Of a stretch of DNA of 64,000 nt, positions 1-8,358 are shown one piece after another. Position numbers and translations under genes: made by a program. The notes below the pieces were generated by a model. The model saw nothing but the letters and a program-made list of their open reading frames with translations. It was not told the origin of the DNA and searched no databases. The number at the start of each line of letters is the position of its first letter. Position 1 is the stretch's first letter. This DNA comes from Candidatus Saccharimonadota bacterium (GTDB taxonomy: Bacteria; Patescibacteriota; Saccharimonadia; Saccharimonadales; UBA4665). The stretch is taken from the NCBI GenBank assembly GCA_027327085.1, contig DAHWAT010000001.1, positions 3,867-67,866 on the forward strand, given 5' to 3'.

Positions 1-602
1 ACTATTCTAAAAAAAGCTTTTTTATCAAGATCAAACAATGGTTCATGTCGATAGTTGAGGATTACTAGCTGTGAATCAACTTTTGGCGGCGGTTCAAATA
101 AGTACGACGGCACTGTTAGGCCCAAACTTACTTGCCAGTAGACTTGAGCGGTAACTCCTAAAATTGACAGGTTATTAGGTTTAGCCGCTAGACGCTCGGC
201 TACTTCCTTTTGAACAAGTAGTACAGCCATTTCGGGTGGATGGCTTGACTGGCTGATGACTCTAATAAAATTGCTAGTTAGATAGTATGGTAAGTTAGCT
301 ACAATTTTATAAGGATATTTAATTTGGTTAAAGTTAAACTGTAATATATCCTGATTTATAACTTCTAAATTGTTAGCTTTAACTCGGCTTTTTAAATTGC
401 TGGCTAGAACTTTATCTAACTCAACCGCTATAACTTGTTGGCAGTCTCTGACTAAGTGGCTTGTTAGTTGGCCTAGGCCTGGACCAACTTCTAAAATAAC
501 ATCGTTTTTATGAAGATCAGCTGCCTGGGTAATTAAGCTTAGGCTAGTTTCGTCTTTCAGCCAGTGTTGGCCAAGACTTTTGTTAGCTTTTGGTTCCTCC
601 AT
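1..602 (-). CDS. rsmA: 16S rRNA adenine dimethyltransferase RsmA/KsgA, N-terminal part (gene runs off the left edge)
   Basis: Reverse-strand ATG at 600-602. My own translation reads MEEPKANKSLGQHWLKDE...VILEVGPGLGQLT, which matches the KsgA SLGQNFL and GPGxGxLT SAM motifs. The frame stays open to position 1. It is absent from the ORF track because the window truncates it. Confidence 0.85.
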   Translation of the reverse strand, partial: MEEPKANKSLGQHWLKDETSLSLITQAADLHKNDVILEVGPGLGQLTSHLVRDCQQVIAVELDKVLASNLKSRVKANNLEVINQDILQFNFNQIKYPYKIVANLPYYLTSNFIRVISQSSHPPEMAVLLVQKEVAERLAAKPNNLSILGVTAQVYWQVSLGLTVPSYLFEPPPKVDSQLVILNYRHEPLFDLDKKAFFRI

Positions 603-603
603 C

Positions 604-1881
604 TTAATTGCTCGGCGGAAAGGCTGAGATGCCAGTTTTATAATAGCAACCAGGATTCTGAGAAGCTAAACCTGCTGCTGAACTATTAGTATTAAGAACA
701 ATCATCATGTCTTGTTCGGCCGGCGTAGCCTGACTGGGCAAGACGCCAATTAAGTTATTATAGCCATAAAGAGCAGCGATTCTATTCCAAGAACCTGGCA
801 AGAATTGATAGGCCCCGTAAAAGCCGTTGCCGGTATCCTCTGAGTAATTACCGCCTGACTCACAATCTCTTAGAGTGAGCAGCCAGTTAGCTAAGCTGCT
901 GCTTTGCGGTACGGGGGCGGTACCCTTGGCGATAATCTCAGGTACGGGTGTCTCAACTTCAACTGCCTGGATCTGGGTTTTAGCTCCAGTCTTGCTGTTA
1001 ACAAAGTAGGTAATCAGTAGCTGGCCTGGTGAACCTGTCTGGTCTATAGCGCTCGTTCCAACAGTTAGTGATGGGTCATTAACGTATTGTACTGGTTCCG
1101 GAATGGTTTGGGTGGTGGTTGACACGACTTCTCCGGCATGAAGAATGAAAATATTTTGATTAGCCACTATTGGCGTATTAAGGCTTGGCTGGACGCTGTC
1201 TCCAGGACGCAAAACTATGTGCTTTTCTTGAAGCATCTCAGCTACCGTATTAGAGTGTGACCGAGTAACTATCGGTACACCATAAAGTATTAAATGAATT
1301 GGTACAGATGGTTTAATGTAGACAACTTTGCCAATTGGGCCACCGTCAGTAAAATTATTAGAGAGAGAGCTGGTTACCAAATCTTCAGGATACAAATTAA
1401 TACCAGCTTGCTGAGCTATACTGCGCGGTGTTTTAGCGGCGCTATAAGTAAAGGTTTTTTGACCGTTATAGTCTATCTCGACCGGTAAAGCCCTATAAAT
1501 ATTAATGCGGAATTTATCTTGATTAATTTTGGCGTCTAGGGCCGGTTGAACCAAGTCGCCTTGGTGTAATTTAATATTTAGTTTATCGAGTAAGGCTCCA
1601 ACCGTTGGTTCAATACTAGGCACAACTTGCGTAATACCATCATGTTTAATAATAACGACATAGGGTTGGGGCTGATGTGAGCTATTAGCTCTAAGGACAA
1701 AGAAGCCTATGATCGTTAGCATAATTAGGATAGTAAAAGTTATAAATGGAACAGCGTATGGATGACGACTGGCTCGCTTAACTTTTTTTAGTCTTTTTGG
1801 CAACAAACGCTTAAATCGATATATTTTGTAATGCCACCTATGAAGATGTTTGTGCATAAGTATGAGGCCTAATTGTAGCAA
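604..1881 (-). CDS. RpfB-like secreted peptidoglycan hydrolase (DUF348 repeats + G5 + Rpf/transglycosylase-like domain)
   Basis: N-terminal membrane anchor, repeated DUF348-like segments and a G5-like segment. The C-terminal motif CESGGNYSEDTGNGFYGAYQF is typical of resuscitation-promoting-factor domains. The stop codon lies 1 nt from the rsmA start. The true start may be an internal Met. Confidence 0.75.
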   Translation of the reverse strand: MLQLGLILMHKHLHRWHYKIYRFKRLLPKRLKKVKRASRHPYAVPFITFTILIMLTIIGFFVLRANSSHQPQPYVVIIKHDGITQVVPSIEPTVGALLDKLNIKLHQGDLVQPALDAKINQDKFRINIYRALPVEIDYNGQKTFTYSAAKTPRSIAQQAGINLYPEDLVTSSLSNNFTDGGPIGKVVYIKPSVPIHLILYGVPIVTRSHSNTVAEMLQEKHIVLRPGDSVQPSLNTPIVANQNIFILHAGEVVSTTTQTIPEPVQYVNDPSLTVGTSAIDQTGSPGQLLITYFVNSKTGAKTQIQAVEVETPVPEIIAKGTAPVPQSSSLANWLLTLRDCESGGNYSEDTGNGFYGAYQFLPGSWNRIAALYGYNNLIGVLPSQATPAEQDMMIVLNTNSSAAGLASQNPGCYYKTGISAFPPSN

Positions 1882-1909
1882 AAATTAGGCAATTAAGCTA
1901 GCTTCACCT

Positions 1910-4054
1910 CTATATTTGGTCAATCTTTTCAATTTGTGCAAAGCCTAAATTCAGTTTTTTGGTGCCCTTGCCTTTAAAATAAATTACAGCGTCTTCACCG
2001 TCCAGCTCAACGATAGTACCTATACCAAAAAGTTTATGTCTGATGGCGTCACCGGTAGAAACTTCGGGTAGATAACGTGGCTCATTGGATGAATTGTCCT
2101 TAGCTAAAACCCTAGCCGCTTCTAAATTGGAAGTTGTTTCTTGTGCGCCATCAATTTCTGCTAGAAAACGGCTTGGTGGGTTGTACTGAACTCCACCATA
2201 CAGCATACGGGATTGAGCATGTAATAAATAAAGTTCTTGTCTGGCTCTAGTGATTCCTACATAAGCTAGGCGTCTTTCTTCCTCCATCTCAGAGTTATCG
2301 TAAAAACTGCGTGAATGTGGCAAAATTGATTCTTCTAGGCCAGGGATGAAAACTACTGGAAATTCTAACCCTTTAGCCGAATGAAGGGTCATAAGTGTGA
2401 CACTATTAGAGTTATTGTCTAGACTATCGACATCGCTGATGAGAGAGACCTCTTCAAGAAAACCGCTTAGCCCAACCTCGTTATATTCTTGGGCTACACT
2501 TAATAATTCTTTAACATTTTCGGCCCTTGATTCACCTTGGGGGGTGCCATCGTTTAATAAATTAATGTAATCTAATCTTTTTAATAGAGCTTCAATCAGA
2601 CCGCTAACACTGACTTCGTCGCTCATTTTGCGGCATGAAACTAGGATATCGTTGAGCTCAAGTAAGCCATTCTTAGCTTTGCTTGTTAAATTTAAGCAAG
2701 CTTCAACTTGGCTTAGGGCTGCTGCTAGGCTTAAATTGTTTTGATTTTTCCAGTCAAAAAAATTAGCTAAACTTTTTAAACCTATGCCACGGCTGGGGAC
2801 ATTCACCACACGGTTAAAACTAACTTCATCGTTAGGCTGATAAATTAGACGCAAGTAGGCCATTACATCTTTGATCTCTTTACGGTCATAAAACCTAACC
2901 CCTCCGATAACTCTATAAGGTAAATTATGTCTGATTAATGATTCTTCAATGGTTCTTGATTGGGCGTTGGTTCTGTATAAGACTGCAAAGTCTTTGTATC
3001 GCCTGAGGCCACTATCTATACCAAGCTTAATCCGTCTTGTTATGGCTTCGGCTTCTTCTCTTTCAGAACTACTAGCCAGTATTTGAACTGGCAGGCCTAA
3101 AGCCTCCGCCGTCCACAGCTTTTTATCTGAACGCTGGGTATTGTTTAAGATTAAAGAGTTAGCAGCCGTGAGGATTGCTCCGCTAGAGCGGTAGTTTTGT
3201 TCCAATTTTATGACTGTGGCGTTTTTATAGTCTGATTCAAATTTTAGAATGTTTCTAAAGTCAGCTCCTCGCCAGCCATAAATACTTTGAGCGTCATCCC
3301 CACAAACTGCGATATTGTTGGTTTTAGGGTTAGTCAGTAGCTTGACTAACTTATATTGAGCGGCGTTGGTGTCTTGGTACTCATCAATAATCACGTATTT
3401 AAATTGATTCTGCCATTTGCGTCTAACGTCCTGATTAATTTCTAGTAGCCTTACGGTCTTGTTGATTAAATCGTCAAAGTCTAAGGCGTTGTTAGTTTTA
3501 AGAGTTGTTTCATAAACAGGGTAAACTTTAGCAGCCGTGTCTTCTGCCGGTGAACTACTAACTGCGCTATAGTCATCTGGGCTTAAAAGTTCATTCTTAG
3601 CATTACTTATCAGGCTAGAAATAAGTCTAGGCGGAAAGGTTTTCTCATCAATCGATAATTTTTTTATAACTTGTTTAATAGCGGCCAGACGGTCGCTTTC
3701 GTCAAAAATGACAAAGTTTCTAGGAACATTGACGTATTCTGCATCAATTCTTAATAACCGGACACAAATGCCGTGGAAAGTACCCATGTAGGGCATGAAG
3801 CCACGGTTATTGGGTGCTTGATTTAATAATTTGGCAATGCGACTACGCATCTCTTGGGCAGCTTTATTGGTAAAAGTTACCGCTAGTATTTGCTCGCTAT
3901 TAGCTTTATGCGTAGTTAGTATATAGGCAATACGGTGGGTTAGTGTTTTGGTCTTACCGCTACCGGCACCGGCTAGTATTAAAAGAGGACCTTCAGTGGT
4001 TTCGGCGGCCTTTTTTTGCTCTGGATTTAAACCCTTGAGAATGTCTTCATGCAC
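1910..4054 (-). CDS. pcrA: ATP-dependent DNA helicase PcrA/UvrD (SF1)
   Basis: Walker A GAGSGKTKTLTHRIAY, plus DEYQDTN, QNYRS, TLHSAKGLEFP and YVGITRA helicase motifs. Confidence 0.9.
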   Translation of the reverse strand: MHEDILKGLNPEQKKAAETTEGPLLILAGAGSGKTKTLTHRIAYILTTHKANSEQILAVTFTNKAAQEMRSRIAKLLNQAPNNRGFMPYMGTFHGICVRLLRIDAEYVNVPRNFVIFDESDRLAAIKQVIKKLSIDEKTFPPRLISSLISNAKNELLSPDDYSAVSSSPAEDTAAKVYPVYETTLKTNNALDFDDLINKTVRLLEINQDVRRKWQNQFKYVIIDEYQDTNAAQYKLVKLLTNPKTNNIAVCGDDAQSIYGWRGADFRNILKFESDYKNATVIKLEQNYRSSGAILTAANSLILNNTQRSDKKLWTAEALGLPVQILASSSEREEAEAITRRIKLGIDSGLRRYKDFAVLYRTNAQSRTIEESLIRHNLPYRVIGGVRFYDRKEIKDVMAYLRLIYQPNDEVSFNRVVNVPSRGIGLKSLANFFDWKNQNNLSLAAALSQVEACLNLTSKAKNGLLELNDILVSCRKMSDEVSVSGLIEALLKRLDYINLLNDGTPQGESRAENVKELLSVAQEYNEVGLSGFLEEVSLISDVDSLDNNSNSVTLMTLHSAKGLEFPVVFIPGLEESILPHSRSFYDNSEMEEERRLAYVGITRARQELYLLHAQSRMLYGGVQYNPPSRFLAEIDGAQETTSNLEAARVLAKDNSSNEPRYLPEVSTGDAIRHKLFGIGTIVELDGEDAVIYFKGKGTKKLNLGFAQIEKIDQI

Positions 4055-4073
4055 TGATCTATTTTAACAGAGA

Positions 4074-4847
4074 TTAGGCTTTAACTTTAGCGGCAGCTTC
4101 AATAATCTTTGTAAACATTGAGTAGTTAAGGCTGGCTGCCCCAGGCAGTAGTCCATTAACACCTTCTAGACTAAGAATGCTGCTGACAAATTCTGGTTCT
4201 ACGCTAGCACCGTAAATAACTGTTTGATCTTTTGATGCGCCATAGCCATAAAGGTCAGCCAAAATTGACCTAATCCAATCGATAGAGCTTTTGATTTCTT
4301 CCGGTTTTGCCGGTCGATTACCGCCAAAGGTTGATATTGCCCACACCGGTTCATAGGCAATAACGACCTTATCTATCTCTTCGGCTGTTAAATTAGCTAG
4401 GGCCGTGGTTACTTGATCATGTAAAACTCGTTTAGTTTCATTGTCTTTTCTTTCTTGAGCAGTCTCACCTACACAAAGTATCGGCTTTATGTCGTTACGA
4501 ATAGCTGCAGCCACCTTGTCTCGAACTACTTCTAAACTTTCGTTAAAATAGATCCGACGTTCGCTATGGCCAACCAAACAATACTCAACGATGTGTCTGA
4601 GCATGGTAAAGCTGACTTCTCCGGTATAGGCTCCTTCATCTACAAAGTAAGCGTTTTGGGCGGCCAATTTAAACTTGCGCTTGTCTATTTCCCTAGATAA
4701 GGGCTGTAAAACTAATAAATTGGGGGCAAGGACTATTTCAACGTTACGCTGTATCTTAATATTATCGTCTAAGCGTTTAACTAAAACCGAAGCTTCATGA
4801 ACATTGAGGTTCATCTTCCAGTTACCGACTATCAAAAATTTCTTCAT
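4074..4847 (-). CDS. tpiA: triosephosphate isomerase
   Basis: VGNWKMN, GHSERR and AYEPVWAIS motifs, with the expected length. Confidence 0.92.
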   Translation of the reverse strand: MKKFLIVGNWKMNLNVHEASVLVKRLDDNIKIQRNVEIVLAPNLLVLQPLSREIDKRKFKLAAQNAYFVDEGAYTGEVSFTMLRHIVEYCLVGHSERRIYFNESLEVVRDKVAAAIRNDIKPILCVGETAQERKDNETKRVLHDQVTTALANLTAEEIDKVVIAYEPVWAISTFGGNRPAKPEEIKSSIDWIRSILADLYGYGASKDQTVIYGASVEPEFVSSILSLEGVNGLLPGAASLNYSMFTKIIEAAAKVKA

Positions 4848-4862
4848 GCTTATGCTATTTTA

Positions 4863-6149
4863 CTACTTTTTATCCTCTAATGCTTCGACTCCAGGCAATT
4901 TATGGCCGCTCATTAGTTCTAAGCTAGCCCCACCACCGGTAGAAACGTGATCAAAACTAGCCGTTAAACCTCTTGATTCGATATAGCCAACCGTGTCACC
5001 ACCACCAACCACGCTAAAAGGTTTATGGCCAAACTGGCCAATACTCGCCTCAATGACTGTCTCAGTAGCATGAGCAAAGGGGCCAATCGGGCCACGTAAA
5101 CTAGGCACCTCGGTTACACCTAAAGTACCGTTCCAAATAACCATCTGCGACTGATTGATTGCCCCGGCTATAAAAGAGGCGCTAAATGGACCAATATCTA
5201 AAATTTTTTCTCCGTCTTTTAGAGATACAGCTGTTATAGGCACGGCCTTAGGGTAATAAGCAATATCGGCAAAACTATTACTGGCAAAGTCAACAACTCT
5301 GGTAGGAGAGGCTTTGTCGATTGAACTAGCTACCACTACATCGTGAGGTATAAAAAAACTAAAAGCTCTTAAGTGGCTTTCTTTTTCAGCTGAGTGAATT
5401 ATGTCTTTAGCGACAGATAGTTCACCTGGATCAAATAGGCTATCTTTAATGTCTACCCCTTGGGCTTTTAGAAAGGGGTTAGCTAGAGCTCCACCGATTG
5501 CTAGAAAGTCAGCGATATGAATCAGCCGCTTTAAAATTTCAATTTTATCTTGGACTTTAGCACCGCCAACAATAGCCGACAAAGGTCTTTTTGGAGTGGT
5601 CATAGCATCAGTTATGGTGTCGACTTCTTTTTCTAGTAACAAGCCGGCAACACTAGGCAAAAAGTATGTCACTCCTTCTGTACTGGCATGAGCTCGGTGG
5701 ACTACACCGAAACCATCTTGAACGAAAACGTCCTTGCCATTAGCCAATTGTTTAGAAAATGCCTGATCATTTTTTTCTTCTTCAGGATGAAAACGCAGGT
5801 TCTCAAGTAGTAAAATTTGGCCCGGTTTTAGTTTTTTAATTTGCTGTTCGGTTTTAAGGCCAACACAATCATCGGCGAATTCAACCGGCCGATTTAAAAG
5901 CTTAGACAGCTGCTTAGCGACCGGTTTTAAGCTGAAAGCAACTGTAGGAACACCATCTGGGCGACCTAAGTGAGAACAGATGACTAGCCTTACTTTTTGA
6001 TCAAGTAAATACTCTATTGTTTCTAAACTTTGCTTAATACGATAGTTATCGGTAATGCGACCGTCAGTAATTGGCACATTATAGTCAGCTCTGAGTAAGA
6101 CAGTTTTGGAAGTCAGATTAATATCTTTAATCGTTTTTTTACTAAACAA
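4863..6149 (-). CDS. pgk: phosphoglycerate kinase
   Basis: RADYNVP N-terminal motif, GGAKVQDKI, and C-terminal GGGDTV / STGGGASLE. It lies in tandem with tpiA. Confidence 0.92.
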   Translation of the reverse strand: MFSKKTIKDINLTSKTVLLRADYNVPITDGRITDNYRIKQSLETIEYLLDQKVRLVICSHLGRPDGVPTVAFSLKPVAKQLSKLLNRPVEFADDCVGLKTEQQIKKLKPGQILLLENLRFHPEEEKNDQAFSKQLANGKDVFVQDGFGVVHRAHASTEGVTYFLPSVAGLLLEKEVDTITDAMTTPKRPLSAIVGGAKVQDKIEILKRLIHIADFLAIGGALANPFLKAQGVDIKDSLFDPGELSVAKDIIHSAEKESHLRAFSFFIPHDVVVASSIDKASPTRVVDFASNSFADIAYYPKAVPITAVSLKDGEKILDIGPFSASFIAGAINQSQMVIWNGTLGVTEVPSLRGPIGPFAHATETVIEASIGQFGHKPFSVVGGGDTVGYIESRGLTASFDHVSTGGGASLELMSGHKLPGVEALEDKK

Positions 6150-6216
6150 ATTGCCCTCCCTTTTATTTTATTGATTATGCTTATGGCTATTTTAGCATAA
6201 ACAGTTTGCTTAGGTT

Positions 6217-6570
6217 TTAAGAGCTCTTTTGTCTTAATTTTCTTAAACTGAATAAGTGATAACTAATGCCGGATATGATACTTACGACAGTAAACAGTCC
6301 GACAACATCACCTGGGCCGGTATTGGTTAGGCTGGTAGTGGAGCTGGAGGCTGAATTTGGTTGACTAGGGGGTTGCGTCGTATCTGCTTGAGTATTAGAA
6401 CTACCCGATGGCCTAGGAACAACTTTAGATTGCGCTACCTTTGGATGAACGCTTGAAGGTTGTTTTGGTTTAGTAGAAGACGAATTAAAGGCCAGATATA
6501 TAACAACTACCAGAGCGATGATAACAATTGCGTAGACTCCGTAAATAATTTGTTTTGGGTACTTTGCCAT
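6217..6570 (-). CDS. small S/T/P-rich surface protein with LTNTGPG sortase-like sorting signal
   Basis: N-terminal TM anchor and a low-complexity S/T/P/Q-rich middle. The C-terminus is LTNTGPG + hydrophobic helix + RKLRQKSS basic tail. Confidence 0.6.
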   Translation of the reverse strand: MAKYPKQIIYGVYAIVIIALVVVIYLAFNSSSTKPKQPSSVHPKVAQSKVVPRPSGSSNTQADTTQPPSQPNSASSSTTSLTNTGPGDVVGLFTVVSIISGISYHLFSLRKLRQKSS

Positions 6571-6803
6571 AATTAAATCCCTTTTACTTAATTTGACTAT
6601 ACCACAAATGAATTATAAAAGCAGGACTCAATCAACTAATACAGAACAAGTAGTCTGTAGAAAAATAAATGGGTTGTAAAAAATTTCTGGTTGGTTTCGC
6701 CCTGCCATCCATTCATTTAAGATGAGCTGTAAACAGTTTGAGCTTGAGATAGGCAAGTTTATTTAAAAAATAGAGGCAAATCTTACGATCTTATTAACCC
6801 AGG

Positions 6804-6820
6804 GTACGCTCGTAACGTAC
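6804..6820. promoter_or_regulatory. GTAC-type palindrome upstream of first yefM-like gene (candidate operator)
   Basis: GTACG-CTCGTAA-CGTAC lies 37 nt upstream of the ATG at 6857. E. coli YefM operators are built on TGTACA cores. Confidence 0.4.
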
Positions 6821-6856
6821 CAATATATTGTAATTAAAATTTCTTAGGAGATCACT

Positions 6857-7111
6857 ATGACTACGAAAACAATTGATGCCAGTACCATGCGCAAGAATCA
6901 GTCTGAAGTACTTGATTCTGTTCGCGATGATAAAGATATTATTCTAGTGAGAAGACACGGCCATGTAGAATCCGCTTTAGTAGATATCGATACACTTGAA
7001 GACCTGCTTGCAGTACAAGACCCTAAGTACTTAAAGAGTATTGCTGAGGCACGTTCCAGCAAGGAATGGTATTCTCCAGAAGAAGTCTTTGGTGACATTT
7101 GGACTGATTAA
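6857..7111 (+). CDS. Phd/YefM-family antitoxin (copy 1)
   Basis: 84 aa. It has the N-terminal T-I-x-A-S-x-x-R-x-N pattern, an LVDIDTLEDLL segment and an acidic C-terminus. A RelE-like ORF follows 2 nt later. Confidence 0.8.
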   Translation: MTTKTIDASTMRKNQSEVLDSVRDDKDIILVRRHGHVESALVDIDTLEDLLAVQDPKYLKSIAEARSSKEWYSPEEVFGDIWTD

Positions 7112-7113
7112 AA

Positions 7114-7374
7114 ATGCCTTATAGGTTGAAAATTGAAAGTCTAGCAAAGAAAGACATCAAGTCATTAGAGTTAACTGTTCAGAAACGTATTGTTAAGAAG
7201 CTAAAGTTTTTCTTAGAAAAACCCGACCCACTAATGTATGCAAAGAAGCTTGTTGACAGTTCAGGTGGAGATTACAGGTGGCGTATCAGTAACTATCGAT
7301 TAATTTTCGATTTAAAGGACTATGAAATATTGTTGCTACGGGTTCAGCATAGAAAAGATGTTTACAAAAAATAA
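7114..7374 (+). CDS. RelE/ParE-superfamily toxin (copy 1)
   Basis: 86 aa. The YRWRISNYRLIFDL...ILLLRVQHRKDVY pattern is typical of RelE/StbE/ParE toxins. Confidence 0.8.
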   Translation: MPYRLKIESLAKKDIKSLELTVQKRIVKKLKFFLEKPDPLMYAKKLVDSSGGDYRWRISNYRLIFDLKDYEILLLRVQHRKDVYKK

Positions 7375-7389
7375 TCTTTAGACTTTACA

Positions 7390-7418
7390 CTAATTTGTAA
7401 ATGGTGAACCACACGAGA
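7390..7418. repeat. Copy of the tRNA-Glu 3' end plus flank (att-like junction)
   Basis: CTAATTTGTAAATGGTGAACCACACGAGA aligns with 8083-8111 CTAATTTGTCAATGGTGACCTCACGGAGA. The latter is 12 nt of flank plus the last 17 nt of tRNA-Glu, read on the + strand. Confidence 0.7.
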
Positions 7419-7518
7419 TTTTCCTGGAACTCTGTTCTCTCTTCCCTTCTTAGCTTCAATGATAAGCTCATAGCGCTGGAAGGTGGCTAATTAATATTGA
7501 TTTAAGTACATCCATAAT

Positions 7519-7535
7519 GTACAATTAAATTGTAC
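7519..7535. promoter_or_regulatory. Perfect palindrome GTACAAT-TAA-ATTGTAC abutting a TATAAT box (operator/promoter of second yefM-like gene)
   Basis: 7-bp perfect arms at 7519-7535, with a further GTACA at 7506-7510. TATAAT is at 7536-7541, a GGAG RBS follows, and the ATG is at 7558. Confidence 0.55.
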
Positions 7536-7557
7536 TATAATATATTAGGAGAAAACT

Positions 7558-7800
7558 ATGGGCACCACAACTATTCCGGCATCAGATCTAAGAGCAAACT
7601 TAGCTGAGACTCTAGATGCAGTTAGTTTAGACAATATCATTGTCGTAACTCGTCGAGGGAAAAAAGAAAGAGCCATTATAGACCTAGATCAACTAGAGGA
7701 TCTATTGGCTGCCAGTGATCCTGCTTATCTAGCTAAAATCAAAGAAGCTAGAGAAAGTAAGGAATACTTAAGCCATGAGGATGTATTTAGGGATCTTTAA
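7558..7800 (+). CDS. Phd/YefM-family antitoxin (copy 2)
   Basis: 80 aa and collinear with copy 1 (IIDLDQLEDLLAASDPAYL vs LVDIDTLEDLLAVQDPKYL). Confidence 0.8.
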   Translation: MGTTTIPASDLRANLAETLDAVSLDNIIVVTRRGKKERAIIDLDQLEDLLAASDPAYLAKIKEARESKEYLSHEDVFRDL

Positions 7801-7802
7801 AG

Positions 7803-8066
7803 ATGTCAAAATATACTCTGGTATACAAAAAGCCAGCAGCTAAAGAAATTAGCAAATTGCCAGACCATATAAAAAAACGCCTGAAAGCTAAGTTAGAGTG
7901 GTTTATAAGCCAGGATAAGCCTTTAGAATTTGCGCAGCTGCTCACTAAACCTGCTGATGGGCAGTACAGGTTTAGAATAGGCAATTACAGATTACTTTTT
8001 GACGTTGAGGATAATAAGATAGTGGTTCTGCACATTCAGCATCGAAGAGAAGTTTATAGACGATAA
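7803..8066 (+). CDS. RelE/ParE-superfamily toxin (copy 2)
   Basis: 87 aa. YRFRIGNYRLLFDV...VVLHIQHRREVY is collinear with copy 1. Confidence 0.8.
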   Translation: MSKYTLVYKKPAAKEISKLPDHIKKRLKAKLEWFISQDKPLEFAQLLTKPADGQYRFRIGNYRLLFDVEDNKIVVLHIQHRREVYRR

Positions 8067-8094
8067 TTCATATAATATTATCCTAATTTGTCAA

Positions 8095-8169
8095 TGGTGA
8101 CCTCACGGAGAATCGAACTCCGATTGCCAGGATGAAAACCTGGTGTCCTAGCCGTTAGACGATGAGGCC
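8095..8169 (-). tRNA. tRNA-Glu (anticodon UUC), CCA encoded
   Basis: The reverse complement folds as GGCCTCA/TGAGGTC acceptor, 3-bp GTC/GAC D stem, CCAGG-TTTTCAT-CCTGG anticodon arm and CGGAG-TTCGATT-CTCCG T arm, then A-CCA. Confidence 0.9.
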
Positions 8170-8210
8170 ATAATCAAAATTTATCCTGTAAATATTACCA
8201 TAACAGAGAC

Positions 8211-8245
8211 AAAATAAAAATCCCCTTCACCTCACCTGAAGGGGA
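8211..8245 (-). terminator. Rho-independent terminator of the surface-protein gene
   Basis: A 9-bp stem TCCCCTTCA/TGAAGGGGA (8221-8245) is followed on the minus strand by TTTTTATTTT. Confidence 0.75.
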
Positions 8246-8358
8246 CTTCTATGTTTTGCTTTTGGTGTTAGAGCGGTCAGTCATGAGCTCTTTAACTTCT
8301 TAACCATAGCACATAACTGAGTTAAACGCTAGTGTTTATCCACACTTAAGTCTCAAGC

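Noticed and set aside
1294-1488. Short antisense or shadow ORFs inside well-supported genes (for example 1294-1488, 6898-7098, 7787-7984, 8415-8968, 11319-12449, 15299-15709, 23214-23402, 24307-24522, 26009-26326, 27984-28550, 29876-30573, 31580-31810, 32449-32655, 36806-36988, 37680-37913, 40798-41404, 42395-42818, 43228-43479, 45029-46408, 49422-49616, 51599-51796, 52920-53102, 55683-56423, 56709-57002, 60676-60900, 62892-63095, 63329-63526)
   Set aside because: Each is nested in, or antisense to, a gene with clear family motifs. None has independent support.
6681-6705. Possible third, outermost copy of the tRNA-Glu end (AAATTTCTGGTTGGTTTCGCC) left of the first YefM cassette
   Set aside because: Only TGGT and a few scattered positions match, which is indistinguishable from chance.
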